64,000 nt of DNA from Alphaproteobacteria bacterium RIFCSPHIGHO2_01_FULL_41_14 (GCA_001767855.1 MEMF01000002.1:808893-872892); one strand, 5' to 3'. Counted from the stretch's first letter, positions 48,922 through 61,282 are shown. The notes: a model not told the origin generated them from the letters alone. Program-made: numbers and translations.

Positions 48922-49564
48922 AGAGACGCCTCTTTTCCAACAATTTGGCTATGCTGCTGACAGCCAGAACCATAAGATAATACCCAATGGCAGCGATGAT
49001 GTAGGGTTCAAAGTAGAGATACTTTTCCGCCGCCACAATCTGGGTGCGCCTCAATAAATCGGCCTCTCCTATGACGGAGACAAGGGCAGATTCTTTTAAT
49101 AAATCCACAATCTCATTCACCAGAGCCGGCGCAATGGTCCGCATGGCCTGGGGAAACACAATGGTGCGAAAGGTTTGAGTGTACGAGAGACCCAAAACCT
49201 TGCCGGCCTCCCACTGCCCCGGATCGATGGACTGAATGCCCGCCCTCATGATTTCTGAGGTGTAGGCCACAGAGTTCAAGGTAAACGCCAAAATCCCCGC
49301 CTCAAAGGGAGAAAAGGTATATCCTATCAACTGGGGTAAGCCATAGTAAATGAGGCCCAATTGCACCAACAGAGGTGTGCCTCTGAACACAGAGGTATAG
49401 GCCGTCATCGCCCATCTTAAGGACCGGAGAGAGCTTATCTTTGCTAGAGCCATCAAAACGGCCAGGGGCAGCGCACAGAGCAGGGAGGTAACCGTAAACT
49501 TGAGGGTCACCCCCACACCCCCTAGAATAAAGGGCAGAGAGGGAAGAATACTGTCAAACTGCAT
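48914..49564 (-). CDS. Polar amino-acid ABC transporter permease
   Basis: FRGTPLLVQL, SEIMRAGI, GQWEAG. Confidence 0.93.
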   Translation of the reverse strand: MQFDSILPSLPFILGGVGVTLKFTVTSLLCALPLAVLMALAKISSLRSLRWAMTAYTSVFRGTPLLVQLGLIYYGLPQLIGYTFSPFEAGILAFTLNSVAYTSEIMRAGIQSIDPGQWEAGKVLGLSYTQTFRTIVFPQAMRTIAPALVNEIVDLLKESALVSVIGEADLLRRTQIVAAEKYLYFEPYIIAAIGYYLMVLAVSSIAKLLEKRRLYA

Positions 49565-49570
49565 GAAAGC

Positions 49571-50320
49571 CTATTCTTTCAACCATTGCCTGGCCAACTT
49601 CTGCAACGTTCCCTCTTTCTTAAGCTCCGTGAGGACCTCATTGATGGGCGCGGTGAGGTTTGATCCCTTGGGCAAAGCAATGGCTTCCCCGCCGGTGGAG
49701 TTGCGGTCGATGGGAACGGTTTTCAGTTCTGGCATTTCCTCGGCAATGGCCCGCGCTTCACCGTGACCAATAATCAGACAAGAAATCCGACCAATACGAA
49801 TTTCCTGAATTAATTCTGGAACTTTGTTTAAAGACTTCAGGGTTACCTTGAAAGGCCCCACCAGTTCTTGTTTGGCAAACTGCTCATGGGTGGATCCCTG
49901 TTGCACCCCAAGGACGAGCCCCCTCACATCCTCTAAAGAGGTGATGGGAGACGTTTTCAAACAAACAAGCTCGGTTTTGGCTTCATGGTATTTCTGAGTC
50001 ATGTCCACCGCTTTGATCCGATCTTCCGTAGGGGTCATGGCAGAAATCGCGAGATCAATACTGTGAGATTGCAAAGCACCCAAAAGGCCATCAAAGGACA
50101 TGTCTTTCAGAACGAGGGGGCGCCCTAACCGAGCGGCAACGAGACGAATGAGATCAATATCAAACCCCACCATTTTGCCCTCTTGATAGTATTCAAAGGG
50201 GCGATTATCCGCCGATACGCCCACCATCAGAGGCGTGCCTTGGGATGTCACCTCTTGTTTTCTATCGCACCCCCCCATGAGGAGGATAAGAGCCATGCAG
50301 AGACTGTATAAAATTTTCAC
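49571..50320 (-). CDS. Polar amino-acid ABC substrate-binding lipoprotein
   Basis: Lipobox-like LMGGC, PFEY, GFDIDL, ISAMTPTEDR. Confidence 0.92.
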   Translation of the reverse strand: MKILYSLCMALILLMGGCDRKQEVTSQGTPLMVGVSADNRPFEYYQEGKMVGFDIDLIRLVAARLGRPLVLKDMSFDGLLGALQSHSIDLAISAMTPTEDRIKAVDMTQKYHEAKTELVCLKTSPITSLEDVRGLVLGVQQGSTHEQFAKQELVGPFKVTLKSLNKVPELIQEIRIGRISCLIIGHGEARAIAEEMPELKTVPIDRNSTGGEAIALPKGSNLTAPINEVLTELKKEGTLQKLARQWLKE

Positions 50321-50413
50321 GACGCGCCTTCTTAAAACAAAAACTGATGAGTTATATCATATTGTTTATAAAATGCATCAATTATTTTTGAGAGCCTCCC
50401 CCCAAAAATTTTT

Positions 50414-50935
50414 TTAGGCTTTGTCTTTCTTGGCCGTATGCTTTTTCTGAGCAGGGCCCTTTTGAGCGGTGGCTTTTTTCTGAGGTGCCGCAGCTTTTTT
50501 AGCTGGTTTTTTCGCAACAACTTCTTGATCAATCACGACGGTATCCTGCGCTTGAGCAACAGCGCCGCGGGGACGGTCCACCAACTCGATCACCGCCATA
50601 GGCGCCGAATCTCCATAACGAAACCCTGCTTTAATGACGCGCGTATATCCGCCAGCGCGGCTTTTATAACGATCTGCAAACGTGGTGAGAAGCTTTGACA
50701 CAACTTCTTGGTTGTTGTTTAATCGGTTCATCAGAACACGACGGACGTGCAAACTATCAGACCCATTCTTAGCCATTGTAATAAATTTCTCCACAACGGA
50801 CCGAAGATCTTTTGCCTTGGGAAGGGTTGTGGTGATTTGCTCATGCAAAAACAATGAGTTGGACATATTCATAAACAACGCGCGACGATGGCTCGAGGTT
50901 CTATTTAATTTCCTACCAGATAATTTGTGGCGCAT
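50414..50935 (-). CDS. rplQ: 50S ribosomal protein L17 (K/A-rich tail)
   Basis: [25 protein letters not shown]. Confidence 0.97.
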   Translation of the reverse strand: MRHKLSGRKLNRTSSHRRALFMNMSNSLFLHEQITTTLPKAKDLRSVVEKFITMAKNGSDSLHVRRVLMNRLNNNQEVVSKLLTTFADRYKSRAGGYTRVIKAGFRYGDSAPMAVIELVDRPRGAVAQAQDTVVIDQEVVAKKPAKKAAAPQKKATAQKGPAQKKHTAKKDKA

Positions 50936-50954
50936 TTCTTAATTCTCCAAAATC

Positions 50955-51986
50955 TTAAAAGGACGCTTCATCGATCTTTTTTGATAAATCTTCGATATTC
51001 TCAGGGGGCCAATCCGGCACATCCATGCCCAACCCTAAGCCCATGCTGACCAAAACCTGTTTAATCTCATTCAACGATTTACGACCAAAGTTCGGTGTCT
51101 TCAACATTTCAGCTTCAGACCGTTGAACCAAGTCTCCGATGTAAATAATGTTATCGTTCTTCAAGCAGTTCGCAGCACGAACAGAAAGCTCGAGTTCTGA
51201 TACCTTCCGCAACAGGGCTGGTGAGAAAGGTAGCTTGCTTTCAGTTTCTGTCTTCTGTATTTCCACAGGATCTTCAAAGTTGATCAACGGACGAAGTTGA
51301 TCTTGCAACACACGAGATCCGAGCGCAATGGCATCTTCTGGCTTTACCGTTCCATTTGTTTCAATTTCAATGATAAGCTTGTCATAGTCGGTCACTTGTC
51401 CCACACGCGTATGCTCCACATAGTACGCAACCTTCTTAATAGGGTTGAAAAGAGAGTCAATGGGAATCACGCCAACAGGAGTGGTCTCTTTGCGATTTTG
51501 AGCCGCCGGCAGATACCCCTTACCGTTTTCCACTGTCATTTCAATGGAAAGGCTTGCATCTTTATCCATATGGCAAATCACCAGATCAGGATTCATGATT
51601 TCAACTTCAGATCCTGTCTTAATCATGCCCGCCGTCACCACGCCTGCACCCTTGTGGACCAAGTGGATTTTTTTAGGGGTTGTTGTATGAAGCTTAAGAG
51701 CCAAAGATTTAATGTTCAAGATAATATCCGTCACATCTTCCATAACGCCTGGAATAGACGAGAACTCGTGGACCACACCTTCGATTTGAATAGAGGTCAC
51801 GGCAGCGCCGCGTACAGAAGACAAAAGCACCCGACGCAAGGCATTCCCGAGGGTAAGGCCATAGCCTCTTTCCAAAGGTTCTACTACCAAACGCGCAATG
51901 TTGCCGTCTTTATCAAGGTTCTTAAGATGAATATCTTTTGGTTTAATAAGCTCTTGCCAATTTTGCTGTATCACTTTGGACTCCAA
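50955..51986 (-). CDS. rpoA: RNA polymerase alpha
   Basis: [35 protein letters not shown]. Confidence 0.98.
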   Translation of the reverse strand: MESKVIQQNWQELIKPKDIHLKNLDKDGNIARLVVEPLERGYGLTLGNALRRVLLSSVRGAAVTSIQIEGVVHEFSSIPGVMEDVTDIILNIKSLALKLHTTTPKKIHLVHKGAGVVTAGMIKTGSEVEIMNPDLVICHMDKDASLSIEMTVENGKGYLPAAQNRKETTPVGVIPIDSLFNPIKKVAYYVEHTRVGQVTDYDKLIIEIETNGTVKPEDAIALGSRVLQDQLRPLINFEDPVEIQKTETESKLPFSPALLRKVSELELSVRAANCLKNDNIIYIGDLVQRSEAEMLKTPNFGRKSLNEIKQVLVSMGLGLGMDVPDWPPENIEDLSKKIDEASF

Positions 51987-52014
51987 TACTCTCTATGATG
52001 ATTTTCGTATAAAA

Positions 52015-52407
52015 TTAAACTCGGCGGCGTTTTCTTGGACGCGTCCCATTGTGAGGAAGGGGCGTCACATCGCGAATTGAAGACACAGAAAACCCAACAC
52101 TCAAAAGAGCGCGCAAGGCGGACTCTCTGCCTGATCCTGGGCCTTTTACTTCCACGGTTAAATTCTTAACCCCGTGTTCTTTTGCTTTACGCCCAACGGC
52201 TTCCGCCGCGATCTGTGCCGCAAAGGGAGTTGATTTTTTGGATCCTTTAAATCCATTTGCCCCGGCTGTGGACCACACAATGGTGTTCCCTTGCAGGTCA
52301 GTGATGTTGATCACTGTATTGTTAAACGTTGAATTGATATGGGCCATGGCAGCGGGAACATTTTTCCGCTCGCGACGCCGAAGTTTTGTAGTACCTTGCT
52401 GTGCCAT
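52015..52407 (-). CDS. rpsK: 30S ribosomal protein S11
   Basis: [24 protein letters not shown]. Confidence 0.98.
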   Translation of the reverse strand: MAQQGTTKLRRRERKNVPAAMAHINSTFNNTVINITDLQGNTIVWSTAGANGFKGSKKSTPFAAQIAAEAVGRKAKEHGVKNLTVEVKGPGSGRESALRALLSVGFSVSSIRDVTPLPHNGTRPRKRRRV

Positions 52408-52421
52408 TTAAATCTTATTCC

Positions 52422-52796
52422 TTAAACTGCTTTTTTCTTGCCTGCGATGGGCTTGGCTTTTCCTTTACGCGTCCGCGCATTGGTATGAGTTCTCTGGCCA
52501 CGTGTCGGAAGCCCCTTCCGATGACGCAATCCCCGATAGCACCCCAAATCAACAAGGCGCTTGATGTTCATAGAGACAAGCCGACGCAGGTCTCCTTCAA
52601 CTTGGTAGCCCTCATCGATAATATCTCGAATTTTTGATAACTCGTCTTCCGTCAACTGATGAACGCGACGTGCACTGGTGATAGTTGCTTTCTTACAAAT
52701 CTCAGCTGCTTTGGTTCTTCCAATGCCATAAATATACGTCAAAGCAATCTCAACCCTTTTTTGAGACGGGACATTCACACCAGCAATACGAGCCAC
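52422..52796 (-). CDS. rpsM: 30S ribosomal protein S13
   Basis: [22 protein letters not shown]. Confidence 0.98.
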   Translation of the reverse strand: MARIAGVNVPSQKRVEIALTYIYGIGRTKAAEICKKATITSARRVHQLTEDELSKIRDIIDEGYQVEGDLRRLVSMNIKRLVDLGCYRGLRHRKGLPTRGQRTHTNARTRKGKAKPIAGKKKAV

Positions 52797-52878
52797 TCTT
52801 AAAACTCCTTAAAATCAAAGTCCAATTAAAACAGAAAAAACAGGCTTTCTGTGGTTCTATAGATAAAACAGGCCAGAG

Positions 52879-53544
52879 TCAAGTCTTTCCTGACGACACC
52901 ACGGCTGCCAATATTTCGTTTGACACCTCTGCCATGGGCTTTGTTACATCAATTTCCCTTAACAATCCCTTTTTTTGATAAAAAGGAAGAAGGGGCATGG
53001 TTTGATCGCGATAAATGCGCAGCCGTTCTGCAACGCGTTCAACCGCATCATCTGTGCGACGGGTAAACTCATGCGACCCACACGCATCACAGACACCCTC
53101 ATGGTGAGGTTTCTTAAAATACTCATTATAAGTAGCACCACAGACCGCGCAAGTAAAGCGTCCAGAGAGTCTTTTTGTTAAAATTTCTTCCTGAATGGCA
53201 AAATAAATAACGCATTGAATCGTTTGCCCCTTTGTGGACAGAAACCGATCAAACCATTCTGCCTGGCTGACGGTCCGAGGAAACCCGTCAAATATAAACC
53301 CGGAGTCAAGAGACTGATGGGCAAGATATGCTGTCAATGTTTCCAGAACTAACGGTTCAGGCGGGAAAAGCCCTTTATCCATATTCTCTTTAATCTTCAT
53401 CCCAAGTACCGTTTTTTGCTGCACTTCGTGACGCAAAATAGCACCCGTTGAGACATGGTGCAAAGAAAGGGGACCCTTTAAAAGGGCCGCCTGAGTGCCC
53501 TTTCCACAACCGGGGGGGCCAAAAAATACAATATTTTTCTGCAT
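52879..53544 (-). CDS. adk: Adenylate kinase (Zn-LID type)
   Basis: GPPGCGKGTQA, DGFPRT, CxxC..CxxC LID. Confidence 0.96.
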   Translation of the reverse strand: MQKNIVFFGPPGCGKGTQAALLKGPLSLHHVSTGAILRHEVQQKTVLGMKIKENMDKGLFPPEPLVLETLTAYLAHQSLDSGFIFDGFPRTVSQAEWFDRFLSTKGQTIQCVIYFAIQEEILTKRLSGRFTCAVCGATYNEYFKKPHHEGVCDACGSHEFTRRTDDAVERVAERLRIYRDQTMPLLPFYQKKGLLREIDVTKPMAEVSNEILAAVVSSGKT

Positions 53545-54866
53545 TACTTCTTTAGATTAAACCGAGACTTTTTCAACAGACCTTCATATTGGTAGGCGAG
53601 AAGGTGCGAGTGAAGCTGAGCCACCGTGTCCATAGTGACACCCACAACGATTAAAAGACTGGTTCCCCCTAAATAAAACGGTAACGCATATTTTGCTTTC
53701 AACAATTCTGGCAAGAGGCAAACCGTCACAAGATAGGCGGCTCCCACCACCGTGAGGCGTGTTAAGACATAGTCCAAATATTCTGCCGTGCTCGCTCCCG
53801 GTCGAATGCCCGGAATAAAGGTGCCTGATTTTTTCAGGTTTTCGGCCGTCTCTTCAGGGTTAAACATAAGCGCCGTATAAAAGAAGGCAAAGAAGGTAAT
53901 GAGCAAACTAGACAAAATCATATAGACCGGTTGCCCCGGCTGAACATAATAAATGACCTTCTGCAAAAACTCGTTTTCCACGTTCAATCCCCCCAACACC
54001 GTCATGGGAAGCAAAAGCAGAGAGCTGGCAAAAATGGCCGGGATCACCCCCGCATTGTTAATCTTCAGAGGTAAGTGAGAACTTTCTCCTCCGAACACTT
54101 TTTGACCCATTTGACGCTTGGGCTGTTGAATCACCACTTTTAATTGGGCACGTTCCACAAAGATAATAAAGGCAATCACCCCCGCGAGGAGGGCTAAGAT
54201 GAATAAAATAAACATCACGTGATACTCCCCTTCACGGCCCATATCAATCATGCGCAACGCTGCTTGGGGCAAGTTCGCGACGATGCCCGAGAAAATAATC
54301 AAGGAGATTCCATTTCCAATGCCACGAGACGTGATCTGTTCCCCAAGCCACACCAAAAACATGGTACTTCCCACGACGGTTAAAACGGTGGTGATTTCAA
54401 AGAACAAACCGGGATCAAGAACGGCTTGCTGACTTTCCAATGTTTTGGCCAAGGCAAACGCCTGAATAGAGGCCAACAACACGGTGCCATAGCGTGTATA
54501 CTGGTTCAGCTTTTTACGGCCCGATTCTCCTTCTTTGCGAAGAGATTGCCACGGCGGATAGACAGCCCCCAAAAGCTGGACGATGATGCTGGACGTGATA
54601 TAGGGCATAATGTTCAGAGCGAAAATGGTCATCCGCCACAAAGCTCCCCCTGAGAACATGTCCACCATTCCCAAAATACCTGTGGCATTCCGCTGTGCAA
54701 TGGAGGCAATGACAGACATATCAACACCGGGGAGAGGAATGTACGTTCCAAGACGATAAATAATTAACGCCCCTAGCGTAAACCAGATGCGTTTTTTTAG
54801 TTCTTCTGCTTTAGAAAAAAGCCTAAAATCTAAATTGGATGCGAGTTGTTCTGCCGCCGATGCCAT
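53544..54866 (-). CDS. secY: Preprotein translocase SecY
   Basis: IMPYITSSII, GIGNGISLII, FIPGIRPG, GGTSLLI. Confidence 0.98.
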   Translation of the reverse strand: MASAAEQLASNLDFRLFSKAEELKKRIWFTLGALIIYRLGTYIPLPGVDMSVIASIAQRNATGILGMVDMFSGGALWRMTIFALNIMPYITSSIIVQLLGAVYPPWQSLRKEGESGRKKLNQYTRYGTVLLASIQAFALAKTLESQQAVLDPGLFFEITTVLTVVGSTMFLVWLGEQITSRGIGNGISLIIFSGIVANLPQAALRMIDMGREGEYHVMFILFILALLAGVIAFIIFVERAQLKVVIQQPKRQMGQKVFGGESSHLPLKINNAGVIPAIFASSLLLLPMTVLGGLNVENEFLQKVIYYVQPGQPVYMILSSLLITFFAFFYTALMFNPEETAENLKKSGTFIPGIRPGASTAEYLDYVLTRLTVVGAAYLVTVCLLPELLKAKYALPFYLGGTSLLIVVGVTMDTVAQLHSHLLAYQYEGLLKKSRFNLKK

Positions 54867-54896
54867 GGTATTCCTCAGATAATAATGGTTATTTTT

Positions 54897-55370
54897 TTAC
54901 GCTTGAATGGTCGGAAGCTTAACCTGGCCCCCTCGTTTTTCAACAAAAACTTGGGCTGATTTTGAGGCTTGATCCACTTCGATGGTGATCTTTGCCGTGA
55001 GGTCGCCCTTAGCCAAAAGCTTTAAAGTACCCGCCACACTCCGGATCAACCCTGCGCTCACCAAATTTTCTTTAGTAATCACAGCTGCTGCATCCAGTTT
55101 CTTGGCATCAATGGCGTCTTGAATGCTTCCAAGATTCACAAGAGATCCTTCCGGACCACGAACGAACGCTCTTTTAAATCCGCGCTTTGGAACACGCAAT
55201 TGGATCGGCATCTGACCCCCTTCAAACCCTTTAATGGCCACACCAGAACGGGCTTTTTGCCCCTTTTGTCCGTGACCACACGTCTTACCAAGTCCAGATC
55301 CAATCCCACGCCCTACTCGTTTCCGAGCAGACGTCGCCCCGCGATTATCTCGAATTGTGTTTAACTTCAT
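54897..55370 (-). CDS. rplO: 50S ribosomal protein L15
   Basis: RVGRGIGSG, GFEGGQMP. Confidence 0.97.
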   Translation of the reverse strand: MKLNTIRDNRGATSARKRVGRGIGSGLGKTCGHGQKGQKARSGVAIKGFEGGQMPIQLRVPKRGFKRAFVRGPEGSLVNLGSIQDAIDAKKLDAAAVITKENLVSAGLIRSVAGTLKLLAKGDLTAKITIEVDQASKSAQVFVEKRGGQVKLPTIQA

Positions 55371-55375
55371 TTTAA

Positions 55376-55567
55376 TTATCCTTTAATGTCTTCAACTTTT
55401 ACCAAGTGACTGACCCGACGAATCAACCCCCGCACAGAAGGGGTATCTTCCACTTCTTTCACGCGATGGAGTTTCCCAAGCCCCAAGCCTTTCAAACACA
55501 GAGCTTGATAATCCTTACGCCCGATGGCGCTGCCGGTCTGTTCGACTCTTAATTTACCCTTACTCAT
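55376..55567 (-). CDS. rpmD: 50S ribosomal protein L30
   Basis: [21 protein letters not shown]. Confidence 0.95.
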   Translation of the reverse strand: MSKGKLRVEQTGSAIGRKDYQALCLKGLGLGKLHRVKEVEDTPSVRGLIRRVSHLVKVEDIKG

Positions 55568-56117
55568 CTGACACACCATTTTCCGCCGCAGAGGATTTTG
55601 TTTCTCTGTTGCCTATAATCTCCGAAATCTTTTTCCCACGACGGGCAGCCACTTGGCGCGGAGAAGAGACGTTCTTCAAGGCCTCGAAAGTTGCCTTTAC
55701 CATGTTGTGTGGGTTGTTTGATCCAACGGATTTTGCAACCACGTCGTGTATCCCGAGCACTTCAAAAATAGCCCGCATAGGTCCACCGGCCTTAATTCCA
55801 GTTCCAACTGTCGCTGTGCGAATCACCACACGACCAGCCCCAAAGTGACCGATCAAATCATGATGTACGGTCCTACCTTCTCTTAAGGGAACCTTAATCA
55901 TCGTCCTGTGCGCTTGTTCATTCGCTTTACGGATAGCATCTGGCACTTCAGCTGCTTTTCCAAGCCCGTACCCAACACGTCCTTTTGTATCGCCCACAAC
56001 AACCAAAGCTGAGAAGGAAAAGTTTTTTCCTCCTTTTACAACCTTCGTAACGCGGTTAATACCGACGAGCTTGTCAACAAGTCCACTTTCAATTTTTTCC
56101 GATTTCTCGCGTGCCAT
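55560..56117 (-). CDS. rpsE: 30S ribosomal protein S5
   Basis: [14 protein letters not shown]. Confidence 0.97.
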   Translation of the reverse strand: MAREKSEKIESGLVDKLVGINRVTKVVKGGKNFSFSALVVVGDTKGRVGYGLGKAAEVPDAIRKANEQAHRTMIKVPLREGRTVHHDLIGHFGAGRVVIRTATVGTGIKAGGPMRAIFEVLGIHDVVAKSVGSNNPHNMVKATFEALKNVSSPRQVAARRGKKISEIIGNRETKSSAAENGVSDE

Positions 56118-56130
56118 TTTTTGTCCTTAA

Positions 56131-56496
56131 TTAAAAATCTAATCCACCAGAACGAGCCCCCATTGCCAAAGCCTTCACACGGCCGTGGTAAATATAGGGT
56201 CCCCGATCAAATACAACGGCCTTAATCCCCGCTTTCTGAGCGCGCTCTGCCAGAGCGATCCCAACAGCTTCTGCCGAGGCGATATTCCACCCCTTCTGAA
56301 TCTGAGCTTTAAGCTTTTGATCAAGAGAGGAGGCAGACGCGAGCGTCACGCCCTTTTCATCATCGATAATCTGAGCATAAATATGCTGATTTGACCGAAA
56401 CACAGAAAGACGCGGTTTTTTCGTTTTCGATAGAGACTTAATGGCCCATCGATTTCTGTATTGACGACGATTAGAAAGTTCTTTTTTAGAATTCAT
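56131..56496 (-). CDS. rplR: 50S ribosomal protein L18
   Basis: [24 protein letters not shown]. Confidence 0.97.
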   Translation of the reverse strand: MNSKKELSNRRQYRNRWAIKSLSKTKKPRLSVFRSNQHIYAQIIDDEKGVTLASASSLDQKLKAQIQKGWNIASAEAVGIALAERAQKAGIKAVVFDRGPYIYHGRVKALAMGARSGGLDF

Positions 56497-56497
56497 T

Positions 56498-57031
56498 TTA
56501 CTTCTTCTTACCTTCTTTACGAACAATACGTTCGTTTTCATACTTGATGCCCTTGCCCTTATACGGTTCAGGACGACGGAATCCTCTGATTTCTGCAGCT
56601 ATTTGTCCTACACGTTGACGGCTTGCTCCAGAAACAGTGATAGAAGTTGGCTTTTCACACTTAATCGTAATCCCCTGGGGGATGGCATACACAACTTCGT
56701 GGCTATATCCCAGCTGCATCACAAGATTTGATCCTTGCACAGCGGCACGATATCCCACACCGCTGATTTCTAGGTTGACAGAGAATCCTTTGGTCACCCC
56801 TTCCACCAAGTTTGCGATCAAATTGCGCACAGTGCCCCACATGGATCGAGCGACTTTTGACTCATCCCGAGGGTGAACCAAAATTTTGGAATCTGCATAA
56901 GTTACCTCCACAGAACTGTGAAGCGCCACAGATAGCTCACCCCGAGAGCCTCTTGCTTTCAGAAGTCCTGGGGTTAGATCAACCGTAACGCCAGCAGGAA
57001 TAATAATTGGATTTTTACCGATACGAGACAT
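56498..57031 (-). CDS. rplF: 50S ribosomal protein L6
   Basis: [15 protein letters not shown]. Confidence 0.98.
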   Translation of the reverse strand: MSRIGKNPIIIPAGVTVDLTPGLLKARGSRGELSVALHSSVEVTYADSKILVHPRDESKVARSMWGTVRNLIANLVEGVTKGFSVNLEISGVGYRAAVQGSNLVMQLGYSHEVVYAIPQGITIKCEKPTSITVSGASRQRVGQIAAEIRGFRRPEPYKGKGIKYENERIVRKEGKKK

Positions 57032-57048
57032 AATAACCTAACTTTTCT

Positions 57049-57447
57049 TTAAAATACTCGACACAAAATTTCTCCGCCCACATTTAGCTTGCGCGCGGCG
57101 GCATCCGATAAAATGCCTTTCGAGGTGGATAATACATACATTCCAAGACCATTGGAAGGCTTAGAAAGACTTTCAATGGAAGAATATGTTCTGCGACCCG
57201 GGGTTGACACCCGATCAATCTTTTGGATGACCGGCATCCCTTCGAAATACTTCAGCTCGACTTCTATCTCAGAGATCCCTTCTCGCACAGGATGTACCTG
57301 ATATGCGCGAATATACCCTTCCTCTTTCAACACTTCAAGGATGTTGAGGTTGATTTTAGAATAAAGACAGCGCACAGCACTTTTCTTTGCTTTGTGAGCG
57401 TTTCTAATGCGGGATAGCAAATCTGCAATAGGGTCTGTCATTGTCAT
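57049..57447 (-). CDS. rpsH: 30S ribosomal protein S8
   Basis: DPIADLLSRIRN, STSKG, GGEILC. Confidence 0.98.
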   Translation of the reverse strand: MTMTDPIADLLSRIRNAHKAKKSAVRCLYSKINLNILEVLKEEGYIRAYQVHPVREGISEIEVELKYFEGMPVIQKIDRVSTPGRRTYSSIESLSKPSNGLGMYVLSTSKGILSDAAARKLNVGGEILCRVF

Positions 57448-57465
57448 TTTTTATAATCCTTTATC

Positions 57466-57774
57466 TTACCAACTCGACTTTGTCATTCCGGGAATGGCAC
57501 CCGCAGATGCCAGGTCCCTTAACGCAATACGAGATAAACCTAAATGTCTATAATAACCACGCGCTCTACCCGAAACAGCGCACCGATTCCGAATCCGTAC
57601 ACGTGAACCACTCCGCGGCAGTTCAGCCAATTTCAAAACAGCTTGAAAGCGATCATCCACCGACACATTCTTGTCTTGAACAACCTTCTTCAGTTCAGCT
57701 CTTTTTTTACGAAAAGAAGCACAAACTTTCTTTCTTTTTTCGTTCGATTCAATGGAACCTTTTTTTGCCATCAA
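57466..57774 (-). CDS. rpsN: 30S ribosomal protein S14 (long, Zn-free type)
   Basis: RIRNRCAVSGR, IPGMTKSSW. Confidence 0.97.
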   Translation of the reverse strand: MMAKKGSIESNEKRKKVCASFRKKRAELKKVVQDKNVSVDDRFQAVLKLAELPRSGSRVRIRNRCAVSGRARGYYRHLGLSRIALRDLASAGAIPGMTKSSW

Positions 57775-57780
57775 TGTCTC

Positions 57781-58320
57781 CTAATTTATAAACGGCATGC
57801 CAAACCCCTTCAGAAGCGCGCGGGCCTCCTCATTGGTTTTAGCAGTTGTCACAATAACCACGTTTAGTCCTCTGATTTGATCAATTTTGTCATAATCAAT
57901 CTCGGGGAAAACGATTTGTTCTTTAATACCCAGTGCATAGTTCCCTTTTCCGTCGAAACTACGAGGAGAAACGCCGCGAAAGTCACGAACCCGTGGAAGG
58001 GCAATGGTAATCAACCGGTCTAAAAATTCATACATGCGAGCACCTCTCAGGGTTACTTTCACCCCAAGATCCATGCCTTCCCGTACTTTAAATCCCGCAA
58101 TAGATCCGCGTGCTTTTGTCACCACAGGTTTTTGGCCCGCAATCACTGTCAAGTCTGTGACAGCCGCCGTGATCTTTTTATTGTCCCGCACCGCTTCTCC
58201 CACACCCATGTTCAGAACAATTTTCTTAAGCACCGGCGCCTGCATAGGCGTGGTATAAGAAAACTGCTGAATAAGCTCTGGCTTTAATGACTCTACATAT
58301 AGCTTTTTCAATCTAACCAT
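57781..58320 (-). CDS. rplE: 50S ribosomal protein L5
   Basis: [19 protein letters not shown]. Confidence 0.98.
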   Translation of the reverse strand: MVRLKKLYVESLKPELIQQFSYTTPMQAPVLKKIVLNMGVGEAVRDNKKITAAVTDLTVIAGQKPVVTKARGSIAGFKVREGMDLGVKVTLRGARMYEFLDRLITIALPRVRDFRGVSPRSFDGKGNYALGIKEQIVFPEIDYDKIDQIRGLNVVIVTTAKTNEEARALLKGFGMPFIN

Positions 58321-58327
58321 TTTATCT

Positions 58328-58672
58328 CTACTTTAACTCTTTACCTGAACTCTTCAAGAAACGAACTTTTTTGCCCTTATTTTCACCCTTATTTTCACCC
58401 TGGGCTAAAATCTTGATCCCCATCTTCGAGGGTTTCCTTGTTTCCATATCCATATGCGCCACATTAGACACGTGAAGGCTCAATTCTTTTTCAAGAACAC
58501 CATTTGGGTTTGCAGGGCTTGGGCGTAAATGCCTCTTCACCACATTGACACCCTTTACAATAACGCGATCTTTTTCAGTGAAAACTTTAGAAATCTCTCC
58601 GGACTTACCCTTATGACTTCCTGAAATGACCACAACATGATCGCCTTTTTTGACATGAAATTTTTTGTTCAT
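58328..58672 (-). CDS. rplX: 50S ribosomal protein L24
   Basis: [16 protein letters not shown]. Confidence 0.97.
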   Translation of the reverse strand: MNKKFHVKKGDHVVVISGSHKGKSGEISKVFTEKDRVIVKGVNVVKRHLRPSPANPNGVLEKELSLHVSNVAHMDMETRKPSKMGIKILAQGENKGENKGKKVRFLKSSGKELK

Positions 58673-59040
58673 TACAGAACCTCTGGGGCTAAAGAAATAA
58701 TTTTCATAAAATTCTTAGAACGCAATTCACGGGTAACAGGGCCGAAAATACGCGTTCCAATGGGCTCGCCTTGATTATTCAAAAGAACGGCGGCATTGTT
58801 ATCAAAGGAAATCTTTGTCCCATCATTCCGCACAATCCCATGAGCCGTCCGCACGATCACCGCCTTGTGAACGCTTCCTTTAGAAACCTTACCGCGCGGA
58901 ATAGCTTCTTTCACCGTGACAACGATAATGTCGCCAATGGATGCCGTCCGTCTTTTAGACCCACCAAGCACCTTGATACACTCAACACGACGCGCGCCCG
59001 AGTTATCAGCAACGTGTAAACTTGTTTGCATTTGAATCAT
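58672..59040 (-). CDS. rplN: 50S ribosomal protein L14
   Basis: [22 protein letters not shown]. Confidence 0.98.
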   Translation of the reverse strand: MIQMQTSLHVADNSGARRVECIKVLGGSKRRTASIGDIIVVTVKEAIPRGKVSKGSVHKAVIVRTAHGIVRNDGTKISFDNNAAVLLNNQGEPIGTRIFGPVTRELRSKNFMKIISLAPEVL

Positions 59041-59049
59041 AATACTACC

Positions 59050-59292
59050 CTATGCCTTATCTGCTTTTGAGAGAACAATCCAAGTTTTTCTTTTCGAAAT
59101 GGGACGGCACTCTTCGATATTGACGATATCACCCTCAGCAAAAGCGTTCTTCTCGTCATGAGCCGCATACCTTTTTGATTTTGTAATATACTTCTTGTAA
59201 ACCTGATGCATAAAGCGACGATCCACCTTCACGATGATGGTCTTATCTGCTTTATCACTGACAACAACTCCTTTAAGTACTCGACGAGGCAT
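59050..59292 (-). CDS. rpsQ: 30S ribosomal protein S17
   Basis: [20 protein letters not shown]. Confidence 0.97.
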   Translation of the reverse strand: MPRRVLKGVVVSDKADKTIIVKVDRRFMHQVYKKYITKSKRYAAHDEKNAFAEGDIVNIEECRPISKRKTWIVLSKADKA

Positions 59293-59308
59293 TTTTATCT
59301 TTTCCTAA

Positions 59309-59503
59309 CTACTTTTGTTTGCGTCCGGCGTTGAGAAGTGTCTTAATACGCGCGATGGACCGACGCACTTCTCGCACACGCACGGTGTTTGTTAACTGAC
59401 CAGCGACTTTCTGAAACCGAAGGTTAAAGGATTCTTTTTTTAAATCCAGAACCATTTTTTTCAGTTCATCTGTCTTTTTCTTCCTAAGATCAATGGCTTT
59501 CAT
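59309..59503 (-). CDS. rpmC: 50S ribosomal protein L29
   Basis: [16 protein letters not shown]. Confidence 0.96.
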   Translation of the reverse strand: MKAIDLRKKKTDELKKMVLDLKKESFNLRFQKVAGQLTNTVRVREVRRSIARIKTLLNAGRKQK

Positions 59504-59513
59504 TGTCTCAATC

Positions 59514-59918
59514 CTATCTAATAATAAATCGGCTACGCACAGGAAGCTTTGCCGCGGCAAGCGTCAACGCATCTCGTGCCAACTCTTCATCCACACCGTC
59601 AATTTCGAACATAATCCGCCCTGGTTTCACACGGCAAGCCCAAAACTCTGGTGCTCCTTTTCCTTTTCCCATACGAACTTCTGCAGGTTTTTGAGAAACC
59701 GGCACATCAGGAAAAATACGAATCCAAACTTTTCCAGCACGACGCAAGTGACGCGTGATGGCTCGACGCGCCGCTTCAATCTGGCGCGACGTCACCCGGT
59801 CAGCTGTCGTTGCTTTTAAGCCATAATTTCCAAAGTCTAAATCTGTGGCAGACTTAGCCATTCCATGGATACGGCCTTTAAAAGCTTTTCTAAATTTTGT
59901 ACGCTTCGGAGCTAACAT
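59514..59918 (-). CDS. rplP: 50S ribosomal protein L16
   Basis: [18 protein letters not shown]. Confidence 0.98.
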   Translation of the reverse strand: MLAPKRTKFRKAFKGRIHGMAKSATDLDFGNYGLKATTADRVTSRQIEAARRAITRHLRRAGKVWIRIFPDVPVSQKPAEVRMGKGKGAPEFWACRVKPGRIMFEIDGVDEELARDALTLAAAKLPVRSRFIIR

Positions 59919-59929
59919 AACCTAAAATC

Positions 59930-60610
59930 CTATCTATTCACAACATGTTCACGAACGCGGCGATCTTGGGCCATGGGATCATGTTCCATGATTTCGCCTT
60001 TGAAAATCCACACCTTGATACCACAAGTCCCGTACGTGGTAAAGGCTGTTGCTAACCCATAATCAATATCCGCTCGCAACGTATGTAAAGGCACGCGGCC
60101 TTCACGGTACCATTCCGTCCGAGCAATTTCAGCTCCACCGAGGCGGCCAGCACAGTTGATTCGGATGCCAAGAACGCCTGCTTTCAAAGCTGTTTGCACC
60201 GCTTTTTTCATCGCCCTTCTGAAAGAAACGCGACGCTCTAATTGGCGAGCAATGGAATCAGCCACCAAGTGGGCGTCAAAATCAGGTTTTCTAATTTCAA
60301 GAATATTCAGAGTCACATCTGACCCAACAATCTTACTTAAAGAGTGCTTCAATGTATCAATATCTGCCCCTTTTTTCCCAATGATCACACCAGGACGTGC
60401 CGAGTAAATCGTCACACGGGCTTTTTTATTGGGGCGCTCAATCACAATTTTCGAAACGGCCGCTTGGCTTAGTTTAGCCAAAATATACTCACGGATTTTG
60501 ATGTCCTGAGACAAGTAAGTTGCGTAATCACGACTAGAGGCATACCAACGAGAGTCCCAAGTCCGATTAATCTTCAACCGCATAGAAATTGGATTTACCT
60601 TTTGACCCAT
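59930..60610 (-). CDS. rpsC: 30S ribosomal protein S3
   Basis: [21 protein letters not shown]. Confidence 0.98.
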   Translation of the reverse strand: MGQKVNPISMRLKINRTWDSRWYASSRDYATYLSQDIKIREYILAKLSQAAVSKIVIERPNKKARVTIYSARPGVIIGKKGADIDTLKHSLSKIVGSDVTLNILEIRKPDFDAHLVADSIARQLERRVSFRRAMKKAVQTALKAGVLGIRINCAGRLGGAEIARTEWYREGRVPLHTLRADIDYGLATAFTTYGTCGIKVWIFKGEIMEHDPMAQDRRVREHVVNR

Positions 60611-60990
60611 TAGCGATTCTCCTCACGTTGCTCAACAACAATCTTTATATTACTGTACGGTTTCAAAATTTTTGCCCCTCTTCCTTTGGCACGCGCCATA
60701 AATCTTTTTAGGACAAAAGCTTTTCCAACCTCTACCCGCATCACAAACAAACGATCTATATCTAATTGATGATTATTCTCAGCGTTCGCCACCGCAGAGG
60801 ACAAAACTTTTTTAACTTCTCCGGAAACGCGACGCTTAGAAAACGTAAGCTGAGCCAAAGCCTCATTCACGGACTTGTGTCGAATCAAATCGGCAATCAA
60901 CCCCAACTTCTGAGGCGATGTACGAATAGCCTTTGCAGAAGCGAGAGCTTGCTTATCAGAGAGCTGCCTTGGAAGCGATTTTTTACTCAT
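60610..60990 (-). CDS. rplV: 50S ribosomal protein L22
   Basis: [15 protein letters not shown]. Confidence 0.97.
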   Translation of the reverse strand: MSKKSLPRQLSDKQALASAKAIRTSPQKLGLIADLIRHKSVNEALAQLTFSKRRVSGEVKKVLSSAVANAENNHQLDIDRLFVMRVEVGKAFVLKRFMARAKGRGAKILKPYSNIKIVVEQREENR

Positions 60991-60992
60991 TT

Positions 60993-61271
60993 CTAACCTT
61001 TCTGAGCTTTTTTATCCGCCGAGTGACCATAAAAGGTCCGCGTCGGCGCAAACTCACCCAACTTATGTCCAACCATGTTTTCTGTCACGAAAACAGGAAC
61101 GAATTTCTTTCCATTGTGCACCCCAAAGGTGACACCCACAAATTGAGGAAGAATTGTCGACCGACGCGACCATGTTTTGATCACATCTTTACGACCAGAG
61201 CTGAGAACAACTTCTGCTTTCTTCAGCAAATATCCATCAACAAAAGGGCCTTTCCAAACTGAACGAGACAC
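60993..61271 (-). CDS. rpsS: 30S ribosomal protein S19
   Basis: [21 protein letters not shown]. Confidence 0.98.
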   Translation of the reverse strand: MSRSVWKGPFVDGYLLKKAEVVLSSGRKDVIKTWSRRSTILPQFVGVTFGVHNGKKFVPVFVTENMVGHKLGEFAPTRTFYGHSADKKAQKG

Positions 61272-61282
61272 TTAATTACTCC